Notes: generated by a model from the letters alone, not told the origin. DNA of 64,000 bases from an uncultured Actinomycetes bacterium (GCA_963816845.1 CAWFMR010000050.1:58993-122992), one strand, 5' to 3'. Counted from the stretch's first letter, positions 9,206 to 18,860 are shown. A program made the numbers and translations.

Positions 9206-10147
9206 GCCATCTCCAGCACGATCTTGCCCAGCTTGCCGCCGGCGGTGAAGCGCTCGTAGGCCTCGGCGACGGCGTCGAGCGGATAGGTGGCGGCGATCGG
9301 GACGCGCAGCGCGCCGCGCTCGAAGAGCGGCAGGACGTGGCGCTCCATGGCGCGCGCGGTCAGGGCCTTCTCCTCCAGCGGGCGCGGGCGCAGCGTCGAG
9401 GCGCGCACGGTCGCCCGCCGGCCCATCATCGCGCCGAGGTTGAGCTCGGCCTTCGCGCCGCCCCCGATGCCGATGACGACGATGCGCCCGCTGGTCGCGA
9501 GCGCCTGCAGGTCGCCGGACAGGTTGGGAGCGCCGACCAGCTCGAGGACCACGTCGAACGGGCCGCGCTCGGCGAAGCCCTCGGGCTCGATCACGTCGTG
9601 GGCGCCGAGCCCGGCCACCCCGTCGCGCAGGTCGGCGTTGCGCACGCTGGCGGTGACGTGGGCGCCGGCCGTCGCGCCGAGCTGCACCCCGGCCGTGCCG
9701 ACCCCGCCGGCGGCGCCCTGCACGAGCAGGCGCTCGCCCGGACGCAGCCCGCCCTGCGTGAAGAGCGCGTCGTGGGCGGTGGTGAAGACCTCCGGCACGC
9801 CGCCGGCCTCGGTGAAGCTCAGGCCGTCGGGGATGGGCATGAGCTGGCGCTCGTGGACGGTGGCCAGCTCGGCCTGACCGCCGCCGCCGACGATGGCCAT
9901 CACGCGGTCGCCCTCGGCGAAGCGCTCGGCGCCCGGGCCCGCGCGCCGCGACCTCGCCGGCGAGCTCGAGCCCCGGGATGTCCTGCGGCGAGCCGGGCGG
10001 CGCGGGGTAGTGCCCCGCGCGCTGATGGATGTCGGCGCCGTTCAGCCCGGCCGCACGAACACGGACGAGGACCTCGCCGGCCCCCGGCTCGGGGTCGGGG
10101 TGCTCGGCGACGACGACCTCGCCGTCGCGGATGGTGGCGGCGCGCAT
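9202..10147 (-). pseudogene. qor: NADPH:quinone oxidoreductase (zeta-crystallin/MDR family). One +1 frame break at about 9931-9940 as assembled.
   Basis: The N-terminus MRAATIRDGEVVVAEHPDPEPGAGEVLVRVRAAGLNGADIHQRAGHYPAPPGSPQDIPGLELAGEV is in the frame of ORF 8903..10231. The remainder, (AERFAEGDRV)MAIVGGGGQAE...LLVQGAAGGVGTAGVQL...GKLGKIVLEMA, is in ORF 9202..9903. There is an extra base in cccgggcgcc. Length mod 3 = 1. Confidence 0.8.
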
Positions 10148-10193
10148 GGACGCGGAGTCTAGGCGCGCCGTCGCCCACGGGTACCCTCCTGGC

Positions 10194-11210
10194 ATGGGTC
10201 TTCCCGTCGACGCATGGAAGCTCGAGGGCATCTCGCCGCGGGCCTATCAGCACCCCGCCGACCGCGCCGCGACCGCCGCGCTGCAGAAGGTCCCCTACCT
10301 CGACGAGGTGGTGCGCAAGCTCGTGGCCCTGGGCTACGAGCGCGCGCTGCGCGCCGCCGCGCTGGGCTCCTCGGTGCGCCTGGGCCAGGAGCAGCTGCCC
10401 CACATCTGGGTCCTGCACCGCCAGAGCTTCAACGCCCTCGACCTCGAGGCCGTGCCCGACCTCTACATGACGCAGCTGCCGTTCGCCAACGCCGCGACGA
10501 TCGGCGTCGACCGCCCGGTCGTGGTCGTCAATTCCGAGCTCGTGCGGATCCTCGACGACGACGGCCGCCGCGCCGTGCTCGCGCACGAGGCCGCTCACGT
10601 GCACTCCGGCCACGTGCTCTACCAGACCGCGATGATCATCATGCTGCGGCTCGCCACGGGCGTGCGGCTGCCGCTGCTGGCCGGGCTGCCGCTGCTGGCC
10701 ATCGAGCTCGCGCTGCTCGAGTGGTTCCGCGGCGCCGAGCTCAGCTGCGACCGCGCCGCCGCGCTCGTCACGCGCGACCCGATGGCCGTCTGCCGCGCGC
10801 TCATGGTCATCTCGGCCGGCGAGGCCTCCGCGGACCTCAACCTCGACGCCTTCATCGCGCAGGCGATGGACTACAGCGAGGGCGGCAAGGGCCTCGAGAA
10901 GCTCACGCGGCTGATGGCCGACATGGGCCTCACCCACCCGATGCCGGTTCGCCGCGTGCGGCTGCTGCTCGAGTGGGTGCGCGCGGGCGAGTACGACCGG
11001 ATCGTCTCGGGCGACTACATCCGCCGCGGCCACGAGCCGCCGCTGCGCGACGAGGCCGACGCCGCCCAGGAGCACTACGCCAAGCGCGTGTCCGACGCCT
11101 TCCAGCAGGCGGGCTCGTCGATCGGCGAGGTCGGCCAGCAGCTGAGCGACTGGCTGGGGCGCCAGCGCGGCGGCGACTCCGGCGGCGACCCTCCCGCCGA
11201 CGAGGACTAG
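10194..11210 (+). CDS. M48-family zinc metallopeptidase
   Basis: HEAAHVHSGH (HExxH) with flanking hydrophobic segments. ATG at 10194 within ORF 10029..11210. Confidence 0.7.
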   Translation: MGLPVDAWKLEGISPRAYQHPADRAATAALQKVPYLDEVVRKLVALGYERALRAAALGSSVRLGQEQLPHIWVLHRQSFNALDLEAVPDLYMTQLPFANAATIGVDRPVVVVNSELVRILDDDGRRAVLAHEAAHVHSGHVLYQTAMIIMLRLATGVRLPLLAGLPLLAIELALLEWFRGAELSCDRAAALVTRDPMAVCRALMVISAGEASADLNLDAFIAQAMDYSEGGKGLEKLTRLMADMGLTHPMPVRRVRLLLEWVRAGEYDRIVSGDYIRRGHEPPLRDEADAAQEHYAKRVSDAFQQAGSSIGEVGQQLSDWLGRQRGGDSGGDPPADED

Positions 11211-11944
11211 GCCGCGGCGGCCTGGTCGGCGTCGCGCAGGCGCTCGACGCCCCGGCGCAGCACTCGGCAGACCTTCATCTGCGACATGCCCATCCGCCGC
11301 GCGATCTCGCGCTGGGACAGGTCGCCGGCGAAGTACAGGTTCATGACGTCGCGCTCGAGCGGCTCGAGCAGGGTCGAGAGCTCGTGCAGCCACGCGCGAT
11401 CGAAGGCGCGGCGCAGCCCCTCGTCCTCGGCCCCGAGCTGATCGCCGACCGTGCGGTCCTCGGTGTCGGAATGGGCCGGGGCGTCGAGCGACAGGGCCCA
11501 GCGTCCGCGGCGCGCGTCCTGGGCGGCGATGACGCGCTCGACCGAGAGGTCGAGGTGCTCGGCGAGGTCCGAGGTGGTCGGCGCGTGGCCGAGGGTCGCG
11601 CTCAGGCGCTCGGTGGCCGACAGCAGCTCGAGCCACGTCTCGGCCGCCTCGCGCGGCGGGCGCACGGCCCACGTGTGGTCGCGCAGCCAGCGGCGCATCT
11701 CGCCGATCATGGTCGGCACGGCGTAGCGCAGGAAGTCGGTGCCGAAGCCGGGATCGAAGCGCTCGAGCGCCTTCGTCAGGCCCAACGCGGCGGCCTGCTC
11801 GAGGTCTTCGACGTAGCCGGTGTGGCGATAGCGACGGGCCAGCCGCCGCATGATCGGGCGCATGCGAGCGACGAGCTCCTCGCGCGCAGCGAGGTCGCCG
11901 GCCGAGACGTATCGGCGCAGCAGGTCGTCTTCGACCGTGCCCAC
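11207..11944 (-). CDS. RNA polymerase sigma factor, SigB/SigF-like (sigma-70 group 3)
   Basis: Regions 2-4 are recognisable: YVEDLEQAAALGLTKALERFDP..FLRYAVPTMIGEMRRWLRD ... LSQREIARRMGMSQMKVCRVLRRG. GTG at 11944 is the most upstream start that keeps region 2. Confidence 0.75.
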   Translation of the reverse strand: MGTVEDDLLRRYVSAGDLAAREELVARMRPIMRRLARRYRHTGYVEDLEQAAALGLTKALERFDPGFGTDFLRYAVPTMIGEMRRWLRDHTWAVRPPREAAETWLELLSATERLSATLGHAPTTSDLAEHLDLSVERVIAAQDARRGRWALSLDAPAHSDTEDRTVGDQLGAEDEGLRRAFDRAWLHELSTLLEPLERDVMNLYFAGDLSQREIARRMGMSQMKVCRVLRRGVERLRDADQAAAA

Positions 11945-12089
11945 GCCGGATCGGATGTGGGGGGTGGTGGTTCGCGTGACCCGTACCTCCTCGCCGGCCG
12001 GCGACGCTCCTCCCCGTCGGCCGCGAACGCTGTGGAACCGGTTCCAGGCTAACGCTCCGGCGGCGCCTGTCAAGGCGTCGTGCGTCGAA

Positions 12090-13139
12090 TTACGTCACTG
12101 GTTGCGAAACCGTCCGGCGCACCACCACTTCGAGCGGCGGCAGACCCGCCGGCGGCTCGCCCGGAGACGACGCTTCATCGCCGTCGAGCGCTGCCAGGAG
12201 CAGCTGGGCGCCCAGGCGGCCGGACTCGCGCAGCGGCTGGCGCACGGTCGTCAGGCCGATCGCCGCCGCCAGCTCGATGTCGTCGAAGCCGATGACCGAC
12301 AGATCGCCGGGCACGGAGAGCCCCGCGCGCGCGGCCGCGTCGAGCACGCCGAAGGCCTGGACGTCGGAGGCCGCGAAGATGGCGGTGGGCCGCCGGCGCA
12401 GCGCCAGCAGCTCGCGCGTGAGCTCCAGGGCGCTCTCGCGGCCGTAGGGGCCGCGCCTGACGTAGCGCGCCGGCAGCGCGACGCCCGCCTCGCCCATCGC
12501 GCCCCGCATGCCCTCCAGCCGCCGCTGGCTCGAGGCGAACGCGAACGGGTTGTTCTCGACGTCGCCGACGAAGGCGATGTCGCGGTGGCCGGCCTCGAGC
12601 AGATGGCCCGCGGCCATCGCTCCGCCGGCGACGTCATCGATGGCCACATGGGGCACCAGCGCCTGCGCGACGTCGACCAGGACCGTCGGCACCCCGTCGC
12701 GGTGCAGCGCGCGCACCTCGGCCGGCGTCAGCGGCAGCGAGATGACGATCACCCCGTCGACCCGGTCGCGGTGGGCGAAGCGCCGCAGCGCCGCGCGGCG
12801 CTGGTCGAGCGTCTCGATGTTGAAGAGCGTGAGGTCGTACGCGCTGCGCCCGACGACGTCGTCGATGCCGCGCAGGCGCTCGACCACCGACGGGCTGGTG
12901 AAGAACGGGGCGATCACGCCGAGCGTCTGCGTGCGCCCGAGCGACAGGTTGCGCGCGGTCGCGCTGGGGCGGTAGCCGAGCTCGTCCATCACGGCCCGCA
13001 CGCGCACCCGGGTGGCCTCGGCCACCCCGGCCGAGTCGTTGAGCACGCGGGAGACGGTGCCGATGCCCACGCCCGCGCGCTCGGCCACGTCGCGTATCCG
13101 CGGCGCACGCGGTCCCGGGCGATCCGGAGCGCTGGCCAC
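12090..13139 (-). CDS. LacI-family transcriptional regulator
   Basis: N-terminal HTH IRDVAERAGVGIGTVSRVLND followed by a periplasmic-binding-protein-like sugar-binding core. Confidence 0.85.
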   Translation of the reverse strand: MASAPDRPGPRAPRIRDVAERAGVGIGTVSRVLNDSAGVAEATRVRVRAVMDELGYRPSATARNLSLGRTQTLGVIAPFFTSPSVVERLRGIDDVVGRSAYDLTLFNIETLDQRRAALRRFAHRDRVDGVIVISLPLTPAEVRALHRDGVPTVLVDVAQALVPHVAIDDVAGGAMAAGHLLEAGHRDIAFVGDVENNPFAFASSQRRLEGMRGAMGEAGVALPARYVRRGPYGRESALELTRELLALRRRPTAIFAASDVQAFGVLDAAARAGLSVPGDLSVIGFDDIELAAAIGLTTVRQPLRESGRLGAQLLLAALDGDEASSPGEPPAGLPPLEVVVRRTVSQPVT

Positions 13140-13224
13140 GACGCGGAGAGGTACCCCCGCACACCAGGGGTGACGCAGCAGCGGTCCGGGGGAGGACGGG
13201 GGGCCGCGCCTCTACTCTTGCAGC

Positions 13225-13578
13225 ATGGCCCGCCACCAGCTGCGCCCGCTGTTCGACCGCGTGGTGATCAAGGAGCTCGAGCCCGACCGCATGCGCCAGT
13301 CGGGGCTGGTGGTGCCGGCGGGCTCCCACGAGCCGCCGCCGCAGCACGGCATCGTGCTGTCCGTGGGCCAGGGCGTCGACTGGTGGGAGACCGCGGGCGT
13401 GCAGATGCCGGTGCGCCCGGGCGACCACGTCGTCTTCCCGGCGTCGGCCGGCGCCTGGGTCGAGGTCGACGAGGAGCGCCTGCTCGTGTGCCGCGTCACC
13501 GAGCTGCTGGGCGTGCTCGAGCGCGTCGAGCAGCCGCTGGGCGACGCCCGCCTGGGCGACGCGCTCGGCGAGGGCTGA
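13225..13578 (+). CDS. GroES/Cpn10-like protein (orphan, divergent, extended C-terminus)
   Basis: LRPLFDRVVIKELE...GIVLSVGQG...VRPGDHVVFPASAGAWVEVDEERLLVCRVTELLGVLE matches the Cpn10 pattern. No groEL is adjacent. Confidence 0.6.
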   Translation: MARHQLRPLFDRVVIKELEPDRMRQSGLVVPAGSHEPPPQHGIVLSVGQGVDWWETAGVQMPVRPGDHVVFPASAGAWVEVDEERLLVCRVTELLGVLERVEQPLGDARLGDALGEG

Positions 13579-13620
13579 CCGCGGGGAGCGCCGGCTGGGC
13601 GCCGGCGCTCCCGGCGAAGG

Positions 13621-14400
13621 TCAGCGGCTGGTGGTGAACAGGGCCTTGAGGAAGCTCCAGATGTCGGCCACCGGCAGCGCGCGCGACCAGATCTGCACAC
13701 CGTCGACGTCGCCGACGAAGAACAGGTCGCAGGTGCCGCCGTAGTTGCCGATGACGCCGCCGCCGTCGGGCGGGTTGTAGACGATGGGCGTGCTCGAGGG
13801 CGTGCCCGCACCGACCTGGACGCCGTCGATGAACAGGCGCACCGTCTTACCGTCGAAGGTGCCCGCGGCGTTGTGCCACTTGCCGTCCCAGATGGAGGTC
13901 GGGGCCTCGGGCGAGCGCACGAAGTTCTGTGACCCGTCGCCGATGTAGAAGGCCAGCCCGCCGTTGTCGGAGGTGTAGAGCCCGTACGAGCCGCTCAGGC
14001 AGCCGTTGGCGCCCTTGCCGACGACGTACTTGTACTGCCCGGGCGAGCTCGAGCCGCGGATCCAGGCCGCAACCGTCACGTTGGCGGGCTCCAGGCTCGT
14101 GGAGTCGGGGATCCGCACCATGTCGTTGCCGCCGAAGCTGAGCGCAGAGCCCGAGAAGACCCCTCGGATCCAGGCCGGATCCTGATCGTCGACGCCGGCC
14201 GAGTTGCCCAGCGTGCCGTTGTTGCCATGCCCAGACCAGTCGTGGATGACCTGCCCTGAGCCTTCGTTCATCGGCCACCAGCCGACGAGCGGGAAGCCGT
14301 CCGCGCCTGCCGTGGCGGGGAGGACGGAGAGGGCCGCGGCCGACAGGCCGGCAGCCAGGAGAGAACGTGTCCGTACGCGCATTGCGGCATTGGATCGCAA
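13621..14400 (-). CDS. Secreted LamG/concanavalin-A-like lectin domain protein
   Basis: Signal peptide MRVRTRSLLAAGLSAAALSVLPATAGA. LamG_3-like pattern: GHGNNGTL...ALSFGGNDMVRIPDS..VTVAAWI...WHNAAGTFDGKTVRLFIDGVQV. Confidence 0.65.
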   Translation of the reverse strand: MRSNAAMRVRTRSLLAAGLSAAALSVLPATAGADGFPLVGWWPMNEGSGQVIHDWSGHGNNGTLGNSAGVDDQDPAWIRGVFSGSALSFGGNDMVRIPDSTSLEPANVTVAAWIRGSSSPGQYKYVVGKGANGCLSGSYGLYTSDNGGLAFYIGDGSQNFVRSPEAPTSIWDGKWHNAAGTFDGKTVRLFIDGVQVGAGTPSSTPIVYNPPDGGGVIGNYGGTCDLFFVGDVDGVQIWSRALPVADIWSFLKALFTTSR

Positions 14401-14458
14401 TGTTCGATGTCTTACACCGCCCGGACGACCAGGATCGAGTGTCGATCCCGTGAAGGAT

Positions 14459-15820
14459 TCAGGTGCGCTCGAGCAGCGCCACGCACTCGATGTGGGGCGT
14501 CTGCGGGAACATGTCCACCGGGCGCACGCGGCGCAGGGCGTAGCCCGCCTCGACCAGCTGCGCCGCGTTGGGCGCGAGCGTCGTCGGGTTGCAGGAGACG
14601 TAGACGATCCGCGTCGGGGCCGCCTCGATCACCCGCCGCACGATCTTCGACGAGAGACCCGAGCGCGGCGGGTCGACGACCAGGACGTCGGGCCGCCCGG
14701 AGGTCTCGACCATCTGGCGCAGCGCGAGGCGCACGTCGCCCGCGAAGAAGCGCGCGTTGTCGATCTCGTTGCGCCGCGCATTGGCGATCGCATCGGCGAT
14801 CGCCTCCTCGACGATCTCCAGGCCCCAGACCTCGCCCGCGCGCGGCGCCAGCGACAGGCCGATCGTCCCGATGCCGCAGAACAGGTCGTAGACGCGCTCC
14901 CAGCCCTGCAGGCCGGCGTAGTCGGCCGCCAGCCCGTACAGGCGCTCCGCCATCTCGGTGTTGGTCTGAAAGAAGGCGTCGGCGCTGATGCGAAAGCGCA
15001 GGCCGCCGAGCTCCTCCTCGATGGCCTCGGTGCCGTGCAGCACCTCGGAGATGCCGCCGGCAGTGGTCTCGCCGACGTCGAGCGCGCGGGTCCACACGAC
15101 GCTCCCGGCGCCGACCGCCTCGGCGAAGCCGTCGAAGTCCGGTGCGCCCAGGCCCTCGTCGGACGTGACGATGCGGACCTGCAGCTCGCCGGTGCGGCGA
15201 CCCTCGCGGACGACGAGGTTGCGCAGCAGGCCCGTCTGCGCGCGGCGATCGTAGGCACGCAGGCCGCGCTCGCGGCACCACTGCAGCGCCGCGCGCCGCG
15301 CCTGGTTGCCGGCCTCGGAGGCCAGCAGGCAATCCTCGACGTGCTCGATCTGCTCCCACGACCCCGGCGCGTGGAAGCCGCAGATGAGCTCGCCGTCGGG
15401 CGCCGTGCCGAACGAGTACTCGAGCTTGTTGCGATAGCGCCACTGCTCGACGGCGGGCACCAGCGGCTCGAGCTCGTAGCCCTCGAGATGGCCGATCCGC
15501 TGCAGGGCGTCCTGCACCTGCTCGGCCTTGATCGCCACCTGGCGCTCGTAGGGCAGCACCTGCCACGGGGCGCCCGGGTGCGACGCGACCGCGTCGATGC
15601 GCTCGGGGCCGGGCTCGAGCAGCGCGACGGTGCGCGCCTCGGCGTAGGCCTTCTTGCGCTTGGTCACGACCGCGCGCACGGTGTCGCCGGGAATGGCGTC
15701 GCGCACGAAGACGACGTAGCCGTCGCGGCGTGCCACGCCGGCGCCGCCGAAGGCGAGGCTGTCGACCGTCAGCTCGAGCTCGTCGCCGCGCTCGACGCGG
15801 GTCTTCGTGGGGGCGTCCAT
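14459..15820 (-). CDS. 23S rRNA (uracil-5)-methyltransferase, RumA/TrmA family, with N-terminal TRAM domain
   Basis: 453 aa. TRAM-like LTVDSLAFGGAGVARRDGYVVFVRDAIPGD. SAM motif VYDLFCGIGTIGLSLA. C-terminal catalytic region VYVSCNPTTLA. Confidence 0.8.
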   Translation of the reverse strand: MDAPTKTRVERGDELELTVDSLAFGGAGVARRDGYVVFVRDAIPGDTVRAVVTKRKKAYAEARTVALLEPGPERIDAVASHPGAPWQVLPYERQVAIKAEQVQDALQRIGHLEGYELEPLVPAVEQWRYRNKLEYSFGTAPDGELICGFHAPGSWEQIEHVEDCLLASEAGNQARRAALQWCRERGLRAYDRRAQTGLLRNLVVREGRRTGELQVRIVTSDEGLGAPDFDGFAEAVGAGSVVWTRALDVGETTAGGISEVLHGTEAIEEELGGLRFRISADAFFQTNTEMAERLYGLAADYAGLQGWERVYDLFCGIGTIGLSLAPRAGEVWGLEIVEEAIADAIANARRNEIDNARFFAGDVRLALRQMVETSGRPDVLVVDPPRSGLSSKIVRRVIEAAPTRIVYVSCNPTTLAPNAAQLVEAGYALRRVRPVDMFPQTPHIECVALLERT

Positions 15821-15835
15821 TGCCCCCAGCGTAGT

Positions 15836-16522
15836 TCAGGCGAGCTGCTTCTCGATCGCGCCGAGCACGGACTTGCGACTGTCGTTGCGCCGCTCGTAGT
15901 CGCGCACCTTGCGCAGCTGGGCGGGCGTGAGGTCCTTCAGGCGGCTCACGATCTGCGGCGCGTTGAGCTCGTCGTAGAGGGAGATGGGGAAGGACGGCCC
16001 GACGCCCACGCGACGCCGGGCGCGGTCGACCTCCTGCAGCACGCGGTCGCTGGAGTGCAGCGCCTGCGAGCGCCCGCGGCCCAGGAGCTGCTCGAGGTCC
16101 GAGCGGAAGCCGTCGGCCTGCGACCGACCCGCGGAGAGCAGGCTCTGCGAGAGCTCGGTGGCGTCCTTGCGGGTGATCCGTCCGCGCTTGACGGCGTCGT
16201 CGAGCGTGGCCTTCAAGCCGTCCGCGGTGAGGACGACGCCCTTGCGCAGCGTGTCGCGCAGCGCGGTGAGGTTCGCGCGCACGGCCTCCTCGCGCGCGGG
16301 CGCCTTGGTCGCGGTCGCGCGGCTCGTGCTCGCCCGGCTCGTCGTGGCGCGCTTGGCCGCGGGCTTCTTGGCCGCCGAGCGCTTGGCGGCCGGCTTGCTC
16401 GCGGCGCTCTTGGCGGCCGGCTTGCTCGCCGCGCTCTTGGCGGCCGGCTTGCTCGCCGCGCTCTTGGCGGCCGGCTTGCGGGCACGACTCGACGACGAAC
16501 GTGACGACTTGGGCTGGGGCAT
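15836..16522 (-). CDS. Lys/Ala/Ser-rich repeat protein with a phasin-like/helical C-terminal region (histone-H1-like N-terminal tail)
   Basis: ATG at 16522, 8 nt after GAGGGAGG. N-terminus: MPQPKSSRSSSSRARKPAAKSAASKPAAKSAASKPAAKSAASKPAAKRSAAKKPAAKR. C-terminus: ..ISLYDELNAPQIVSRLKDLTPAQLRKVRDYERRNDSRKSVLGAIEKQLA. Confidence 0.6.
   Translation of the reverse strand: MPQPKSSRSSSSRARKPAAKSAASKPAAKSAASKPAAKSAASKPAAKRSAAKKPAAKRATTSRASTSRATATKAPAREEAVRANLTALRDTLRKGVVLTADGLKATLDDAVKRGRITRKDATELSQSLLSAGRSQADGFRSDLEQLLGRGRSQALHSSDRVLQEVDRARRRVGVGPSFPISLYDELNAPQIVSRLKDLTPAQLRKVRDYERRNDSRKSVLGAIEKQLA
16382..16483 (-). repeat. 27-bp tandem repeat, about 3.8 copies, encoding (PAAKSAASK)n
   Basis: + strand units cttggcggccggcttgctcgc[g/c]gcgct lie at 16382, 16409 and 16436. 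A partial copy begins at 16463. Confidence 0.9.
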
Positions 16523-16583
16523 ACGGCCTCCCTCGGGCACGGACAGAACCCGACGGACCCTAGTGCCCGACCGGCGCGCGTGC

Positions 16584-17335
16584 CTACCGGCCGAGAGGGC
16601 CGACGAGCAGGCGGTAGCCGAGGTCGAGCTCGTCGCGCTCGAGCAGGTCGGCGTGGCGGCGCGCCCAGGCGCCGCTGTCGAGATCGGCCCGCAGGCGCGC
16701 GAGCCCCTCGGCCAGCTCGTCCTCGCTGCGCTTGGCCAGCGTCGAGATGCCGGCGCGCACCGCCGGGTCGAGGTAGGCCTCGGGCCGGCGCCAGAAGGCG
16801 CCGAAGAAGCCGTCGCGGCAGTCCCAGGGGACCGGCACGACCTCGACCTCGGCGTCCAGCGCTGCCGCCTGGTCGGCCAGCGACGGGAACCCGTCGACGT
16901 CCTCGCTGCATGTACTGCGGGAAGTACTCGGGACCGATCCACATGCGCCCGACGTAGCGTCGGGTCCCACGAGAGGACGACGACGCGGTCGCGCGCGACG
17001 CGCCGCAGCTCGGCGCAGCCGGCGCGCCAGTCGCTCCAGTGGTGGAGCGTGAGGACGGCCATCGCGGCGTCGAAGCTCGCGTCGTCGAAGGGCAGCGCCT
17101 CGGCGCTGGCCTGCACCGCCGGCGCGGCGCCCGGCGGACGCTGGGCGATCATCACCGCCGACGGCTCGACCGCCGTCACGGCGCGATCCGGCGGCTCGTA
17201 GCTGCCGGTGCCGGCGCCGACGTTGACCACCGTGCGCGCGTCGCCCAGGGCGGCCCAGATGCGCGCCGCGATGCGCGGCTCGGTGGCGCGGGTCGCGGTG
17301 TAGGTCCGCCCTATCGCGTCGTAGCGAGCAGCCAT
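16584..17335 (-). pseudogene. Class I SAM-dependent methyltransferase. Two +1 frame breaks at about 16955-16966 and 16904-16908 as assembled.
   Basis: Three frames must be spliced. First: MAARYDAIGRTYTATRATEPRIAARIWAALGDARTVVNVGAGTGSYEP...VVVLSWDP. Second: RYVGRMWIGPEYFPQYMQ. Third: EDVDGFPSLADQAAALDAEVEVVPVPWDCRDGFFGAFWRRPEAYLDP. Length mod 3 = 2. Confidence 0.7.
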
Positions 17336-18183
17336 TCCAGGAGCGCCTTCTGCGCGTGGCGGCGGTTCTCGGCCTGGTCCCAGATGCGCTGGCGCGGCCC
17401 GTAGAGGACCTCGGCCGTGATCTCCTCGCCGGGATGGGCGGGCAGGCAGTGCAGGGCGATGGCGTCGGGCGCGGCGCGGTCGAGCAGGGCGTCGTCGATG
17501 CGGTAGGGCGCCAGCGCGGCGCGGCGCGCGTCGGCCGTCGCCTCGTCGCCCATGGAGACCCAGACGTCGGTGTAGACGGCGTGCGCCCCGCGCACCGCCT
17601 GCGCCGGGTCGCTGACGGTCTGGGCCCCGTCGAGCTCGTAGCCGGGCGGCGAGGAGAGGACGACCTCGACGCCGGCCAGGCCGCCGAGCACGACCAGCGA
17701 CCGCGCGACGTTGTTGCCGTCGCCGACGTAGGCCAGCTTGAGGCCCTCGAGGCGGCCGAAGGCCTCGCGCAGCGTGAGCAGGTCGGCCAGCGCCTGGCAC
17801 GGGTGGTGGCCCGCGGTGAGCATGTTGAAGACCGGGATCGTCCCTTCGGCGGCGAGCTCCTCGAGCAGCGCGTCGGGCCCCGTGCGCACGCCCACGGCGT
17901 CGACGTGGCGCGAGAGCACGAGCGCGGTGTCCTTGACCGACTCCCCGCGCGAGAGCTGCATCTCGTCGGGGCGCAGGAGCATCGGATGCCCACCGAGCTC
18001 GACGATGCCGGCCTCGAAGGACACGCGCGTGCGCGTCGAGGCCTTCTGGAAGACGAGCGCGACGATGCGGTCGCGCAGCGCGTCGGACGAGCGTGGCGCC
18101 GCCTTGAGCTCGGCGGCGCGGTCGAGCAGCGCGAGCAGCTCGTCGGCGCTCAGCTCGGAGCCGGTGAGGAAGTGGCGCGGCAA
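17311..18183 (-). CDS. argF: Ornithine carbamoyltransferase
   Basis: STRTR, HPCQ, DVWVSMG and HCLPA motifs are all present. 290 aa. No other arg genes are nearby. Confidence 0.85.
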   Translation of the reverse strand: MPRHFLTGSELSADELLALLDRAAELKAAPRSSDALRDRIVALVFQKASTRTRVSFEAGIVELGGHPMLLRPDEMQLSRGESVKDTALVLSRHVDAVGVRTGPDALLEELAAEGTIPVFNMLTAGHHPCQALADLLTLREAFGRLEGLKLAYVGDGNNVARSLVVLGGLAGVEVVLSSPPGYELDGAQTVSDPAQAVRGAHAVYTDVWVSMGDEATADARRAALAPYRIDDALLDRAAPDAIALHCLPAHPGEEITAEVLYGPRQRIWDQAENRRHAQKALLEWLLATTR

Positions 18184-18203
18184 GGCGGGGAGGATACGGA
18201 GCG

Positions 18204-18860
18204 ATGCTGGTGCTGACCTGGAACCTCTTTCACGGGCGCTCGGTGCCCGACGCGCCGCGCGAGCAGCTCGCCGACTTCGCCGCGCGGCTCGCCGGATGGG
18301 AGTGGGACGTCGCCCTGCTGCAGGAGGTGGCGCCGTGGTGGCCGCCCGAGCTCGGCCGCGCGTGCGGGGCGAGCGCGCGCACCGCGCTGACCTCGCGCAA
18401 CTGGGTCCTTCCGCTCTCGCGCTGGGCCGCGCGGCGGCGCCCCGATCTCGTCAAGTCCTGGGGCGGCGGGGCCAACGCGATCCTCGTGCGCGGGGAGGCG
18501 GTGGCCGAGCACCGTGTCCTCACGCTGCGCTCGTGGCCCGAGCGGCGCGTGATGCACGGCGTGCGCCTGGAGCGCGGCTGGTGGGTCTGCAACCTGCACG
18601 CCCAGGCGCACTCCGAGGCGCGGGCGCAGGCCGACGTCGCGCTGGCCGCGCAGACCGCGACGGCCTGGTCGGCCGGCGCGCCGGTCGTGCTGGGCGGCGA
18701 CCTCAACACGCGACATCCGCACGCGCCCGGCTTCGAGGCGGTCGCCGGCCACAGCGTCGACCACGTCCTCGTGCGATCGCTGCGCGCCGACGGCCCGGGG
18801 CGTACGCTGGATCGGGGCCGGCTCTCGGACCACGCGCCGGTGCTGGCGCACGTTGCCTAG
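18204..18860 (+). CDS. Endonuclease/exonuclease/phosphatase (EEP) family protein
   Basis: MLVLTWNLFHG...VALLQEV...GGDLN...SDHAPV follows the EEP motif order. Confidence 0.7.
   Translation: MLVLTWNLFHGRSVPDAPREQLADFAARLAGWEWDVALLQEVAPWWPPELGRACGASARTALTSRNWVLPLSRWAARRRPDLVKSWGGGANAILVRGEAVAEHRVLTLRSWPERRVMHGVRLERGWWVCNLHAQAHSEARAQADVALAAQTATAWSAGAPVVLGGDLNTRHPHAPGFEAVAGHSVDHVLVRSLRADGPGRTLDRGRLSDHAPVLAHVA

Noticed and set aside
16382-16483. Tandem repeats considered as a possible CRISPR array; the 53.9-58.2 kb repeats were considered too
   Set aside because: The units are contiguous with no spacers, in frame, and lie inside coding regions. No cas genes are present in the window.
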